A stretch of 64,000 nucleotides of DNA. Origin: Octopus bimaculoides (taxonomy: Eukaryota). Under the pieces are notes generated by a model. The model saw only the letters and a program-made list of their open reading frames with translations, did no database searches and was not told the DNA's origin. Each line of letters starts with the position of its first letter. Positions within the stretch are counted from its first letter, which is position 1. Shown here piece after piece: positions 12,450-24,890 of the stretch. The DNA lies in assembly GCF_001194135.2 (NCBI RefSeq), contig NC_069004.1, forward strand, positions 14,900,048-14,964,047, in the 5' to 3' direction. A program made the translations under genes and the position numbers.

Positions 12450-12549
12450 CAAAAGCCTGAAGCTACAAGATAATGCATGATTAAATGAAAACAGTGTGAA
12501 TAAATAAGTAATACATTTGACAGAGTAATCTGAATGCTTAAAGGGTTAA
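12450..12549. mobile_element. Terminus of a piggyBac-like non-autonomous element (…AAAGGG|TTAA)
   Basis: gacagagtaatctgaatgcttaaagggttaa; related end gacagtaatcttaatgctaaagggttaa at 17919-17946. CCCT termini with TTAA targets are typical of piggyBac. Confidence 0.5.
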
Positions 12550-12959
12550 TAAGAGAAAACAATTTTTTAAATCTCCTAATTTGATAGATCAATGTTTCTA
12601 TTGATTCACTTATATATTCAATGACACATAAAGAATAATGAGAGACAGGATAAAAAGAATAATAAGTACTCTATATCCTCTTAAGTCTTTTATATTTGAT
12701 TTTAAACTGTAAACTCACAAAAATAAATTGATGAGTGTAAAGAAAAAACATATAACAATCCATTTTTAGAATACTAATCAAACTGCTTAGCAGCATTTCC
12801 TCTCGCTCTGTGTTCTGAATTCAAATTCTACTGAGGTCAACTTTGCCTTTCATCCTTTCGGGGTCAGTAAATTAAGTACCAGCTGAACACTGGGGTCAAT
12901 ATATTCGACTAATCCCCGCCCACAAAATTTCAGGCCCTGTGCCTTCAGTAGGGAGGAGG

Positions 12960-12995
<36 letters not shown>

Positions 12996-13030
12996 GTTAT
13001 TGTTATTGTTATTATTATTATTATTATTAT

Positions 13031-14200
13031 TCAGTAGTCTTATTTTTATCATGTGCTTTTCACTGCACTACGAGGTGCAGCACTGTGTGCCTTGGGTACG
13101 TGCTGTGATTTGCTGTGGTACTCTTATTTTCACTGTGTTGAAAGTGCTTTACATAGGATGTGTGCAGTGCCTAGTAGGAAAAAATAAAAGATACAAAACA
13201 TAAGCAAAAAAAATAAAGGAGAAAAAGGAAAGAAAATTCAAAGCGACAATGCTTCTTCTCAGTACATGTAATGTATCAGTTAAGACAATCTTTTGCACTT
13301 TTTGCATGGATGGTAAGCCAGAGATCATTCTCGAATAATTTTCAGTCCCTTTTTTAATCATTCCAAGTGCTCCTACATTCACTGGTGTTGTAACTGTAAT
13401 AAGATGCCACATCTTTTCAGTTTCGATTAGCAAATCTTTATATTTTCTGTGTTTATCGAATTCTTTTGCCGAGATACTATGGTTACAGAGTATATTCATG
13501 TCAATCAGTAAACAGACTTTATTGTTTTGGTCTTTCACAATGATATCTGGTTTATTCGCTTTGATGGTCCAGTCTGTACATACTGGGAAGTCCCAAAGAA
13601 TAGTTACATTTTCTCCCTCAGTTACAACCTCAGGGTGGTGCTTGTACCATTTGTCAGCAGATTTGATTTTATAATGCCGGCACATTATCCAGTGTAGATA
13701 TTGGCCAACAATGTCATGTCTTGATTTGTATTCTACTGGTGCTAAAACCTTACACCCAGAGATTAGGTGGTCCACTGTTTCAATCCCATGATTGCAGTAT
13801 TGGCATTTAGGGTCTACTCCATTTTTCATCACATTGGCTTGATAATTCCAGGTCAATAAGCTCTGATCTTGAACTGCCAAGATAAAACCTTCACTCTCTA
13901 CTTTTAGCCCTGAGCTCCGTAGCCACTGATGGGTGTGTTTCTGGTCTACATCAGCTTGTTTGCTACAGGCCACATAATTGCCATGCAGAGGTTTTTGTTC
14001 CCACCTATCAGCCAATTGTTCAAGAGCATTTTTGCTTTGCTATTGATTTCACCTTCTTTGCAACTGCAGTTACTGCACTTCCCTCATGCTGTTCAACCTG
14101 GGTATTATGCATAAACTCACTTGCAAATTCTCTGCTTTCTTTCATAACAGAATGAAGCTTCTTACATCTCCCATGGTTTTTCAACAAGCTTTAGCATCCA
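13031..14200 (-). mobile_element. 5'-truncated R4/Dong-clade non-LTR retrotransposon (RLE type)
   Basis: ORF 13149-14015 contains CQYCNHGIETVDHLISGC (CCHC knuckle), RHD, and KPDIIVKD....LLID...K..KY (PD-(D/E)xK restriction-like endonuclease). About 200-nt 3' UTR; (TAA)n on both sides. Confidence 0.9.
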
Positions 14201-14203
14201 GTC

Positions 14204-14227
<24 letters not shown>

Positions 14228-14234
<7 letters not shown>

Positions 14235-14300
14235 TATTAAGGCAGTGAGTTGGCAGAATTGTTAGCACATCATGCAAAATGCTTTGCTGCGTTTTGACTA

Positions 14301-14348
<48 letters not shown>

Positions 14349-14995
14349 CATTATAATTATTATTGGCAAGCTGGCAGAATTGTTAGCACACCGAGTGCAA
14401 AGCTTAACTGCCAAGGTTAACTTTGCCTTTCATCCTTCTGAGGTTGATAAAATAAGTACCAGTTGAACACTAGGGTCAATGTAATCGACTTACCCCCTCC
14501 CCAAAAATTTTAGGCCTTGTACCTATTGTAGAAAGGATCATTATTATTATTAAGGTGGCGAGCTGGCAGAATGGTTAGCATGCCAGGCAAAATGCTTAGC
14601 AGTGTTTCATCCATCTTTACATTCTGAGTTCAAATGCTGCCAGGGTCGACTTTGCCTTTCTTCCTTTCAGGATCAGTAAAATAAGTACCAATTGATTACT
14701 GGGGTCAGTGTAGTTAACTTACCCCTTCCCTCAAAATTTCTGGCCTTGTGCTAAAATTTTAAACCATTATTATTGTTGTTGTTCTTGTTAGAATGATACA
14801 CTGGCAGAATCATTAAAGTGTCAATGGGAATGTCTTGTGGTATTTCTACCAGCTCTTGACATTCTGGGTTCAAATCCTGCTGAGGATCAGTTTTGTCTTT
14901 TATCCTTCAGGGGTCAATAAAATTGAATACCAGTCATATACTGAAGTCATTTTAATCGACTAACTGCTCGCCCTCTCCATATTTTTTGGCCTTCT
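14228..14995 (+). mobile_element. Cluster of about four family-B SINE copies/fragments separated by (TTA)n
   Basis: Repeated ggc.g.gagctggcagaa..gttagca heads and ttgcctttcatcc...aagtaccag cores. Confidence 0.8.
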
Positions 14996-15836
14996 ACCAC
15001 CGTCAGAAACTATCATTATCAATCATAGTAGCAGTGATAACATTGTTGTTGTTGGTGGTGGTGCTGGTGGTGGTGATGGTGGTGGTTGTGGTTTTGATGG
15101 TAATGGCAGTTGTGGTATTATCTGGTTGACTGTGAAACCAAAAATCATTAAGAAATATCTTTGTCTGAGGGGGCTGCATTTCGAATTGATTAAATTTCAT
15201 CGTATTTTTCCTGTTTCTTTTCCACTGATGAAAAGCGCACTCGTAAGGTGGTACACCAACAACAACAACAACAATAACAACCCAACCAACCAACCACAAC
15301 CACAGCAACAACAACAACAACAACAATAATAATAATCAAGTTTAAGCTAATCAGCATAAATAAGATGTCTTTTCACGTAAGGAATTCTTTGTTTGAGAAA
15401 TAAAACCCACCACTGTCACCACCACTACCACCAACAACAACAAATGGCATGCAATGGATAATTATAAATATATAAATTGTATTCTCTCCTGGCTTACTCC
15501 CACTCCCAGTAAATTTTAATCCCCAAAAATGCTTTACAGAAACAGAAGAGAATGAGAAACAGTGAAATATAGAGGAAGATCGCAGAAATCATAGAAGCGT
15601 CTTTCTGCTGAATAAGATATCTGCGAAATGAGATAACACCCACGTTCTTTTGCAGTTTCTCCCAGAGTCTCTTGGTACTACTGTCAGTCCATAGACCAAA
15701 GAATTTGCTAATGCTTTCGTTACAAATCAGACATTATTAATTTCCTCACTATTTAAGGTTGCATCCAATATATAATATACATATATATACACATACATAC
15801 ATACATACATACATATATGTACACACACACATATAT

Positions 15837-15885
<49 letters not shown>

Positions 15886-16729
15886 NNNNNNNNNNNNNNN
15901 NNNNNNNNNNNNNNNNNNNNNNNNNNNNNNNNNNNNNNNNNNNNNNNNNNNNNNNNNNNNNNNNNNNNNNNNNNNNNNNNNNNNNNNNNNNNNNNNNNNN
16001 NNNNNNNNNNNNNNNNNNNNNNNNNNNNNNNNNNNNNNNNNNNNNNNNNNNNNNCCCCATCCTCCCCCCCCCACCACCACCACCATCATTTAGTCTTCTT
16101 AATATAATGTTAATCCAACAGCAGTATCTAAAGTAGTTAGTGTTATCATGACCATATTTCTGAGTGTTGCTAGTTGAAGTTCAATGCAATTCAAGGTAAA
16201 TGCCCTCTGGAGAATTTCCCTAATTAAGAGAAAATTAAGAAAAAAAAATGCAACAATAGGAATGTAAGTAAATTCTACTAAAACTAATTAGGGTTTTATT
16301 TTCATATTTCATCTGTATCCAATAAGAATTAGCCAGTAATAAGATTTATGTCCTTATATCACTATAATTATACCATTAAATTTGCTAATTGTGGCCTATT
16401 CACAAATGCAATAATTAATGATTACAATTATTAATAATTGCATAATTGATAATTGTTAAGAAGCAATTAACCAAGAGAAGTTGTCTCAGTACGATTCAAA
16501 AACACCAAGGCAGCCTCTTAACTCTAACTGGAAGTTTTATATCAGAGAATTTAGTTATGTAGACTAATGGGGGATTTGTAATGTAGTAACATCTGCCATG
16601 TGTGGGGGAGAAATTTAGAAATTTCTTTTGAACAGGGAACAGGGTCAGTCATCCTCTTGTATAAAACAGCCTTCCTCAATGCTTCACCCTACTTCTGTTG
16701 AGGGGTCTTGTCTTACAAGTTACTTGGTG

Positions 16730-16905
16730 ACCTCACTAGTACCAGCACCACATAAAAAGCACCCTGTATACTCTGTGAAGTAGTTGGCATTAGGAAGGGC
16801 ATCCAGTCATAGACCATGTCAAAGCAGACATTAGAGCTTGGTGCAGTCTCTCTGGTTTGTCAGTTTGTGTTAAACTGTCCAACCCATGCCAGTATGGAAA
16901 ACAAG
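16730..16905 (+). mobile_element. RTE-LINE 3' UTR copy (family C)
   Basis: gttggcattaggaagggcatccag...tccaacccatgccagtatggaaaac. Confidence 0.7.
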
Positions 16906-17317
16906 AGTAGCCCATAACTATGCAGGGTATGGTCGTCACTTTGTAAGGTATTTTCAAAATGCCCATAAACCACTCCAATCCGCAGTAGACACTCATTCAT
17001 GAACTGCTTGAAAATGTGCCTCGTCACTAGGTACACAAATGGGTTGCACAGGATAGGACCCATAACATTTCAAGGGCATGTATGCACACAGAAGGCTTCG
17101 TAAAAGTTATAACATTCTAAACATACATACCCATTTTTAGTCTCTTTTGCCAAATCCTTCTATGAACAAGGAGTTAAAACACAGAGAAATGTACATGAGA
17201 ATAAGAATTAATCTTGGAGCAAATCTGAAAAAAGTCATGGCTTCTCTCAAGGAATTTATTAAAAAGAACAAAAGAATGTTGTCCCAGACACACTATGTTT
17301 GAAAAGTGAACAGCTTC

Positions 17318-17690
17318 GTAGGCTCAGGCATGGCTGTGTAAGATGCTGGCTTCCCAACTACGTGGTTCTGGGTTCAGTCTCACTGTGTAGCACCGTAGGC
17401 AAGTGTCTTCTGCTTTAGCCCCGGGCTAACCAAATCCTTGTAAGTGAATTTGGTAGACAGAAACTAAAAGAAGTCTGTTTTGTGTGTGTGTGTCTTTGCC
17501 AGTGCCATGTAAAAAGCACCCAGTACCCTCTGTAATGTGTTTGGCATTAGGAAGGATATCTGGCTATGGAAACCATGTCAAAGCAGGCATGTAACACTTA
17601 GTGCAGTCCTCTGGCTTGTCAGCTTCTGTCAAAGTCTCCAATTCATGCCAGCATGGAAAGCAAACGTTAAATGATAATAATGATGTGGTG
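17318..17690 (+). mobile_element. Family A SINE 5' half followed by a family C fragment
   Basis: ggttctgggttcagtctcactgtgtagcaccgtaggcaagtgtctt..., then gccatgtaaaaagcacccag...catgccagcatggaaagcaaacgttaaatgat. Confidence 0.7.
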
Positions 17691-18769
17691 GTGGTGGTGG
17701 TGGGGTGAGTTGTAAGTACCCTTGTCATAGTATCATGTTATACTTGTAAATGAGTATCACCAGGCTGTTCATTTCCAGTCTTCATTGAGAAACAATGTCT
17801 GGTCAGGGAAAAAATTATCTTGCTTGGGAACAGCTGAGGGTTGGTGACAGGAAGGGGTATCCAGCCATAAAAAATTTGCCTCAGCAAATTCCATCTGACC
17901 CATGCAAACATTGCTTTTGACAGTAATCTTAATGCTAAAGGGTTAATAACTGAGTTTCCCATTTTGAAATGAGATTTTAGGATCACCTCATCTCTTTGAT
18001 GCACACCAATCTATTTCTAACATACACATTATCTAGCATTGACTCAAAGCAATTTTTCCCCGTCACTTACTTCATCCATTTATATTTCCCCATCTATAAT
18101 TCTTGCCCAGATCTTTCCTGTATACACCAGCCATTATCTTAAACATCCACTCACTTTCTGCATTCACTTGTTCACTTGTATTCAGCCTGTCTCTAATGTT
18201 AGACATTGCATGTCCAACATGCTAAACCAAGCTCTTCTAATTCCTGTCCACAAACTGTTACATCTTCTGTGTAGGTTGCCTCTTACAATGCATGAATTAT
18301 ATTTCTTTCAAGGAAACTAGATTCTGTACAGCAGAAACTGTGACTCTTCCTCTCTCTCCCTCTCTCTCAGAATCTACACTATGGTAATGTACTCTCACCA
18401 AAAAGAGCAGAATATATACGGTACAGCAACAGTTGTAATCATGCCCTCCCTACAAAGGATTGCATGCTTCCTTTGTTCATGTTTTTCTGATAATTTTTAA
18501 TAAATATTTTATTATCGTTGCATCTGTTAACTAGAAGGAAGAAGAAAGAGAAAGAAGAACAATAACATTTCTGTGATATTTCCAAATTTATACCATTTGA
18601 GAGAGTAAAACTATAAATTCCTCACCATTTTCGCAGTTTACAAAAACACATCAGTTGGCAGAAATTAACAGAACAAAGCTGTTAAAACTTAGCTTTAAGC
18701 TGTATGTATGGATGTGTGTATACATATGTCCATAGGTATGTATGACAACAACCATCCCCAAATATAACA

Positions 18770-18826
<57 letters not shown>

Positions 18827-18880
18827 CATATGTGTGTGTATATACATATATATATATGTATATACATATATATATATATG

Positions 18881-18973
<93 letters not shown>

Positions 18974-19910
18974 TATACACATACACTTATACACACACAG
19001 ACACACACGCACACACACACACATATATATATATACACACAAACATATATATATATGCGTGCACACACACACACGTTTGTGTGTTGTATTTCTATATGTC
19101 TGTATGTACACGAGTGTGTGTGTATATGTGCTGTGTGTACATATATAGATATAATAAAAATATGTACAGATAGAGTAGGGGAAATATGTATAAATGTATG
19201 TTTGTTTATTCAATGTATTTTGAATAATTTAAATTGTAAAAGCCAGCATATCTCACTCTCTTATAAATTGATGGCTACACATTTCCAGTCAATAAGTTAG
19301 ACTATATCTGCTTTTATTTAGCAATACTTTGGTGTTTTCTATACTGAAAATGTCTTTAAGAAATTTATTTATTTATTATCTATCTTCATTTTTTTTTTCT
19401 TTCATTTTTTTTTTGTCATTTTTCTTCTATATTTTGTTGTTGCTGTTGATCTGTCTTTGTTGATTTTTTTTTTATCTTTTTTTTCTTTTTTCAAACATTT
19501 CCATTCTGAAACCTAAAAGATGATTGCTTGCTCTGCTATATATTTCCAGTATTTAATTTTTAATTTTTCTCCAGCATCAAATTTCTTCCTATCTTGATAT
19601 TGACTTAGAATCTCTTTGTACATTCTACTTTGTTTTGGCCACACACACACACAAACACACATAGAGATCTGTATTTGCTTCAGATTTTTTTCTGTTCTTC
19701 AGATGTCTTTCTTCTTTCTTTCTTTCTTTCTTTCTTTCTTTCACCATTCCTACATGATTTGCTTCTTCATTGAACCAATGAAATTGGATCTAGATATCAG
19801 GTTTCTTTCAGGAAATCTTTCACTCTCAGAGAACATTGGTAGTTTTGATAATAATACATACATATGTCTGTAAGTAGTGTACGAGGAAATGGTGAAGAAA
19901 TTCAGGTCAT

Positions 19911-19973
<63 letters not shown>

Positions 19974-20021
19974 NNNNNNNNNNNNNNNNNNNNNNNNNNN
20001 NNNNNNNNNNNNNNNNNNNNN

Positions 20022-20074
<53 letters not shown>

Positions 20075-20499
20075 GGAAAAAATCTGGTCTGTATTGTTAT
20101 AAATGTGTGATATTCTTTTCATTAATGTTGCTGAAATAATAATAATAATAATGACAATAACGATTTGGGTCCCATACCAAATGGTGCTCATAAACACTAC
20201 ATCCAGATATCAGGAAACCCAAAAGCATCAGACCTGCCCACATCATAAGAAAATCTTTGCCAACCTGAAAATATCTGATTCTCTTAAAACTCTTTCAAAA
20301 CTGAAATATTGCAAATTTAACAGAATCTTAGTTCTCAGATTCTGGTCTCCTTTCTTAACGATGTCTCATTGCTAATCATAAATAACAGCCATAGTAAAAC
20401 ATCCAATTTGCTGTTACTTGATGTCTTTGAGTAAGGCTTAAAAAGGTTTGTGTAGAACAAAACAACAACAATGTAAGTAAATAAATAAATAAATAAATA

Positions 20500-20592
20500 G
20501 GCGCAGGAGTGGCTGTGTGGTAAGTAGCTTGCTTACCAACCACATGGTTCCAGGTTCAGTCCCACTGCGTGACACTTTGGGCAAGTGTCTTG
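20500..20592 (+). mobile_element. Family A SINE head, truncated at the LINE junction
   Basis: ggcgcaggagtggctgtgtggtaagtagcttgct...gggcaagtgtctt, then an abrupt switch to LINE sequence. Confidence 0.8.
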
Positions 20593-21115
20593 GATCTTCC
20601 CATGGCTCTTTGCATTCATAATTAATCAATGTTCTTCCCTCTTCATTTAGCCCATGTCTCATTTATGTATAAAAGCGCAAGTAGAGCAGCGCTGTTGAGG
20701 AGACTGGCATGCAGGGTCTTGCTCAGCTTTGCTTCGAGCACATCTTTTATTGAAATAAATGCCCTCCATCCTGCCCTTATTCTCTTCAAGATTTCAGCAC
20801 ATATTCACTACATGCCCCACATGGACATACTCCTTTACCACCTTAATTTCATTGCTTCTCACCTCTATTTGGCTTTGCACTACATTTTTGGACCAGATAC
20901 ATTTTGTTTGCATGCTATTCAATGAGACTAGCTGTGTATAACATCTGATAATCAGGTCAGTACAGTAATACAGTGATATATTATATCTTATATATATTAT
21001 ATTACCTGGATCACCTGGATTGGCTGATCTGTCTGGTGCCGAGTCGGCTCTACTGGCTGCAGTATTTGCTCCATTCCCCTCATGATCTTGCCATTCTCCT
21101 CCACATTGTTTCAAA
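20592..21115 (-). mobile_element. RTE-like LINE RT fragment
   Basis: Minus strand with frameshifts: LNSMQTK...EIKVVKEYVHVGHVVNM...ASLLNSAALLALLYINETW...MQRAMGRS. Confidence 0.7.
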
Positions 21116-21250
21116 CATGGGTCATCATGTAGCAAGGTTCACAGACAATCAATGGACCCATGCAGTTGCCGAGTGGTACTCACGTGAACGGAAGAGACCA
21201 CTCGGAAGACCTCTAGTTTGGTGGAAAGATGATTTAAGAAAGGTGTATAG
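21116..21250 (+). mobile_element. RTE-like LINE ORF2 3' end
   Basis: GHHVARFTDNQWTHAVAEWYSRERKRPLGRPLVWWKDDL. Confidence 0.8.
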
Positions 21251-21606
21251 AACATTATATATGAATTGTATTATATGTAGTCTATATTATATACATAATA
21301 TGCACAATGCATAATATGTGTGTGTGTGTGTGTATGTATGTATGCATGTATGTATTATTTATTGTTTAATGTACACAGTATATAGTTATAAGCTACTAAT
21401 AGTTTCATATATTGATGATATCATCTAGACATGTTTTAAAACCTGCCTAGATTAGATCTTCAATGAATGAAACTATTAGTAGTTCATAACTAAGTACTGT
21501 GTATATTAAACAATATTTATCTCTCACCAGATGGAGTACTTTTTTTGTTGATCTTACCTTAACGCAAAAGTAAATTATGTATTATGTATATATTATTCTT
21601 TAACAA

Positions 21607-21992
21607 GACGCAGGAGTGGCTGTTGGGTAAGTAACTTGCTTACCAACCACATGGTTCTGGGTTCAGTCCCACTGCGTGACACCTTGGGCAAGGGCCGAAC
21701 AAAGCCTTGTGAGTGGATTTGGTAGATGGAAACTGAAAGAAGCCCATCGTATATATGTAAATATATATATATATGTATGTGTGTATATGTTTGTGTGTCT
21801 GTGTTTGTCCCCCCAACATCGCTTGACAACCAATGCTGGTGTGTTTACATCCCCATAACTTAGCGGTTCGGCAAAAGAGACCGATAGAATAAGTACTAGG
21901 CTTCCAAAGAATAAGTCCTGGGGTCAATTTGCTCGACTAAAGGTGGTGCCCCAGCATGGCCGCAGTCAAATGACTGAAACGAGTAAAAGTGT
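21607..21992 (+). mobile_element. CORE-type SINE (family A)
   Basis: Near full-length, with a short internal deletion after ccttgggcaag; ends gactgaaacgagtaaaagt. Confidence 0.88.
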
Positions 21993-22220
21993 AAGACTAG
22001 TGCTAACAGTGATTTCAAATCTTTGGCCTGCTGAGCCATCATTGGACAGTCCAGTGAAGGCTTAGCAGGCTAAAGCTTCGAAATTACTGTCAACATTATT
22101 CTTGTTAATGAATAATAAATATATACTCTACAAAAAGTATTGATTAGTAAATACTTCAATTTTGATGTAAAATTGTTTTTGTTATAACTTAACATAAAAA
22201 AATATTGATGTAATATATTA

Positions 22221-22448
22221 TACAAGGTGTCCATAAATTACCTTTACAATTTGAAAAATTCAGGAAAAATTTAAAATAATGGATAACTCAGCAGAGTTTA
22301 TTGGAAAATGTAGACAAACAAATACAATTTTATTGGAAACATCAGAACACTTCCAAGTGGGCACTATTGGTTGCAGAGAAGTTGATTGATGGATCTCAAC
22401 TTTAATAAATACAATTCTGAAAGTTGTAAAGATAATTTATGAACACCC

Positions 22449-22450
<2 letters not shown>
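22221..22450. mobile_element. Tc1/mariner-type MITE
   Basis: About 28-bp TIRs caaggtgtccataaattacctttacaa / ttgtaaagataatttatgaacaccc flanked by TA. A second, left-end-only copy lies at about 35198-35300. Confidence 0.75.
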
Positions 22451-22481
<31 letters not shown>

Positions 22482-22674
22482 CATATGTTAATATCAAACA
22501 GTGAGAATTAGTGAATAAATATTCTTTATTTGTGGGTTAACCAAGCTATCAATTATTGCATGGAATATTGATGTTTGTCTTGAAGTGTGTGTGTGTGTGT
22601 ATATATATATAATGTGGGTGTGTATGTATACACATATAATAATTTTTAATATGTATCATTTGTTTATTTTCCAG

Positions 22675-22725
22675 ACTCCTAATTCCATGAGACACAGGAT
22701 GGAAACCCTCATCATGAGAATTCAG
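22675..22725 (+). CDS. CPOX: Coproporphyrinogen III oxidase, first exon found in window (51 nt, phase 0/0)
   Basis: tttattttccag acceptor; encodes TPNSMRHRMETLIMRIQ; cag|gtatt donor. Resembles the CPOX N-terminal core helix (human MKTKMELLI..TQ as recalled) and joins the next exon in frame. Confidence 0.88.
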
Positions 22726-23297
22726 GTATTTTATTTGACATCAACTTTCCCTCCTAAATAAAACATTTAAAAGAAAGTCAATAAATGTAGCAACCTAGTA
22801 GCACCAAACAAGCTAGAACAAACCAATCTCTAAGTTTCTTTTACCTAAGTTACAGTCAAAGCTGGTTTGATCCCACTGTGTGACACCTAAACAAAGTGCC
22901 ATATAGCTGGTTGGCTATTGCCATTCAAGTGAAATTTTGTGGACAGAAGTTGCAGACATCTCAAAAGTAAATAAACACCATCATTTTTGAAAGATTTATT
23001 TCTAGAAACAAGATAATATCATTTGGTGCATTTAAATACTTCATCTAGTTAAAATAGAGCAGTTTTGGTGAAGCATTGTGTGATGTTATGTTAAAGAGAT
23101 TTGTTGGGTAAGGCCAAAACAGTGTGAGAAAATATAAAGTAAACTACACAAAAAAAAAAAAAAGANNNNNNNNNNCTTTCTTCAGGACATGTGGAAAAGT
23201 AAAGGATGGAAAAAGGTCATTTCTCAGATGTGTGTGGAATGATGGTGACATGCATCAACTATGTTGTTATAGCAGCCAGTCTGCATGTCACCATATG

Positions 23298-23339
<42 letters not shown>

Positions 23340-23345
<6 letters not shown>

Positions 23346-24360
23346 TTTAACATACATTTTCCATGCTGGCATGGGTTGGATGGTTTGACAGGAGCTGGCC
23401 AGTCAGAGAGATGTCCAGGCTCCAATTGTCTGTTTTTTGGGGCATGGTTTCTACAGCTGGACACCCTTCCTAATACCAACCACTTTACAGAGTGTACCAG
23501 GTGCTTTTAATATGGAACCAACATGGGTACTTTTTATTTGATACCAGTGCCTGCAAGACAAGGACATATCAACTGAGAGAGAGAGTGGGTGGCCATGATT
23601 TTACTTAGTTTGACATGTCTTCTCAAGCACACCAAACCAGCAGAAGTCTTGATCCATTGTCATCTCTTATGTGAAGCCCATCGTCTGAAGATCCTTTCGC
23701 ACCACTTCATTCCATGTCTTCTTGGGTCTACCTATTCCATAGGTTCCTTCCCACAATTAGAGATTAGCACTTCTTGGTGCAGCTGTCCTCATCCATATGC
23801 ATCACATGACCATGCCAGTACAGTTTTCTGTCTTGCACACTACAGTTGAAGCCTCTTATACCCAATTTTTCTCTTAAATCCTTTGCGCTCTGTTGTACAT
23901 GCACACTGACATTACCCATCCAGTGGAGTATGCTGATTTCATTTCTTTCAAACCTTCACATATCCTCTGTAGTCATAGCCCTTGTAGCATAGTTGTATGT
24001 ACACAAGCATCATACAATCTGCCTTTCACTCTGAGAGAGAGGCCTTTTGTTCCCACTCTGTTCTTATTCTAGCCACTATGTTTATTGTACCTGCACATCT
24101 GCCACACACAAAGACTACTTTCTCTGTTAACCTTCTCACAATACTGCTGCACCTCTTATGTGTCCATAGCTTGTACTGGGTACACCCTATGGAGTTACCA
24201 ACACATTTCCTACGTATCATGCTGGGCCATCCACCTGAAGGAACTTGTGATTTGTCTATTTTCCGACTTACTAGAACTTTGGTCTTAGCTAAATTAACTC
24301 TAAGACCTTTACATTCCAGACCTTACTTCCACACCTGAAATTTCCTCTCTAGTTTAGGTA
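23340..24360 (-). mobile_element. 5'-truncated RTE LINE with family-C 3' UTR
   Basis: KFQVWK*GLECKGLRVNLAKTKVLVS...RKCVGNSIGCTQYKLWTHKRCS...FVCGRCAG, then a degraded ORF2 C-terminus and the family-C UTR. Confidence 0.8.
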
Positions 24361-24361
24361 T

Positions 24362-24890
24362 GGTCATCAGCGTTGAGGTTCTCTAAGAGCAATGAGCTAG
24401 GTAGTCACTAATGACACTATATGTAGATGAATGGCACATGAGCTCTGTACAAACTTTGCCCACGGTCCAATAAGTAAAGTGAATCAACACTGATTTCAAC
24501 AACAAATTTAGTGTGAAGGTGGGTGTCCATCAAGGCTCAGTTGTCAGCCCTCTCCTATTCATTATAGCTCTGCAGGCTATCACTGAGTTTAAAACTGACT
24601 GGTGATGAGAACTCTTATGTGCTGATGACCTAGTTTGAATCTTTAATGGAATTGGAGAAGAAATTCTAGGCATGGTAGCAAAACTTTGTATCAAGAAGCC
24701 TCAAGACAAAAATAGCAGAGTTAGTTGTTAGTAAGTAGGATAGAAGATAAGACGTCTGTATCTTCAGAGAAATGCTTATTATGCAGAAAAGAAGCATATA
24801 CAAAATACATTTGCTGTACTCAGTCTATGATAAGGATACACAAGACATGTAGAATCATAGGCAGAATAATAGAAAAAATAGGCTTTCTAT
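24362..24890 (+). mobile_element. Older RTE LINE RT fragment (resumes at about 25400-25690)
   Basis: VKVGVHQGSVVSPLLFIIALQAITEFKT...ELLCADDLV, matching the RT QGSxLSPLLF and YADD motifs. Confidence 0.78.

Noticed and set aside
12960-14995. Family B SINE as the non-autonomous partner of the Dong/R4 element
   Set aside because: No shared 3' sequence, and the sense strands sit in opposite orientation relative to the TAA tract.
18651-19300. YI/CV/HT-rich ORFs (also 8085-8672, 56774-57275, 59079-59803)
   Set aside because: Dinucleotide microsatellite translations.
20629-20925. ORF MYKSASRAALLRRLACRVLLSF... as the CPOX mitochondrial presequence exon
   Set aside because: It is the antisense of a LINE RT fragment, and the nearest good donor (20955) has an in-frame stop upstream in the required phase.
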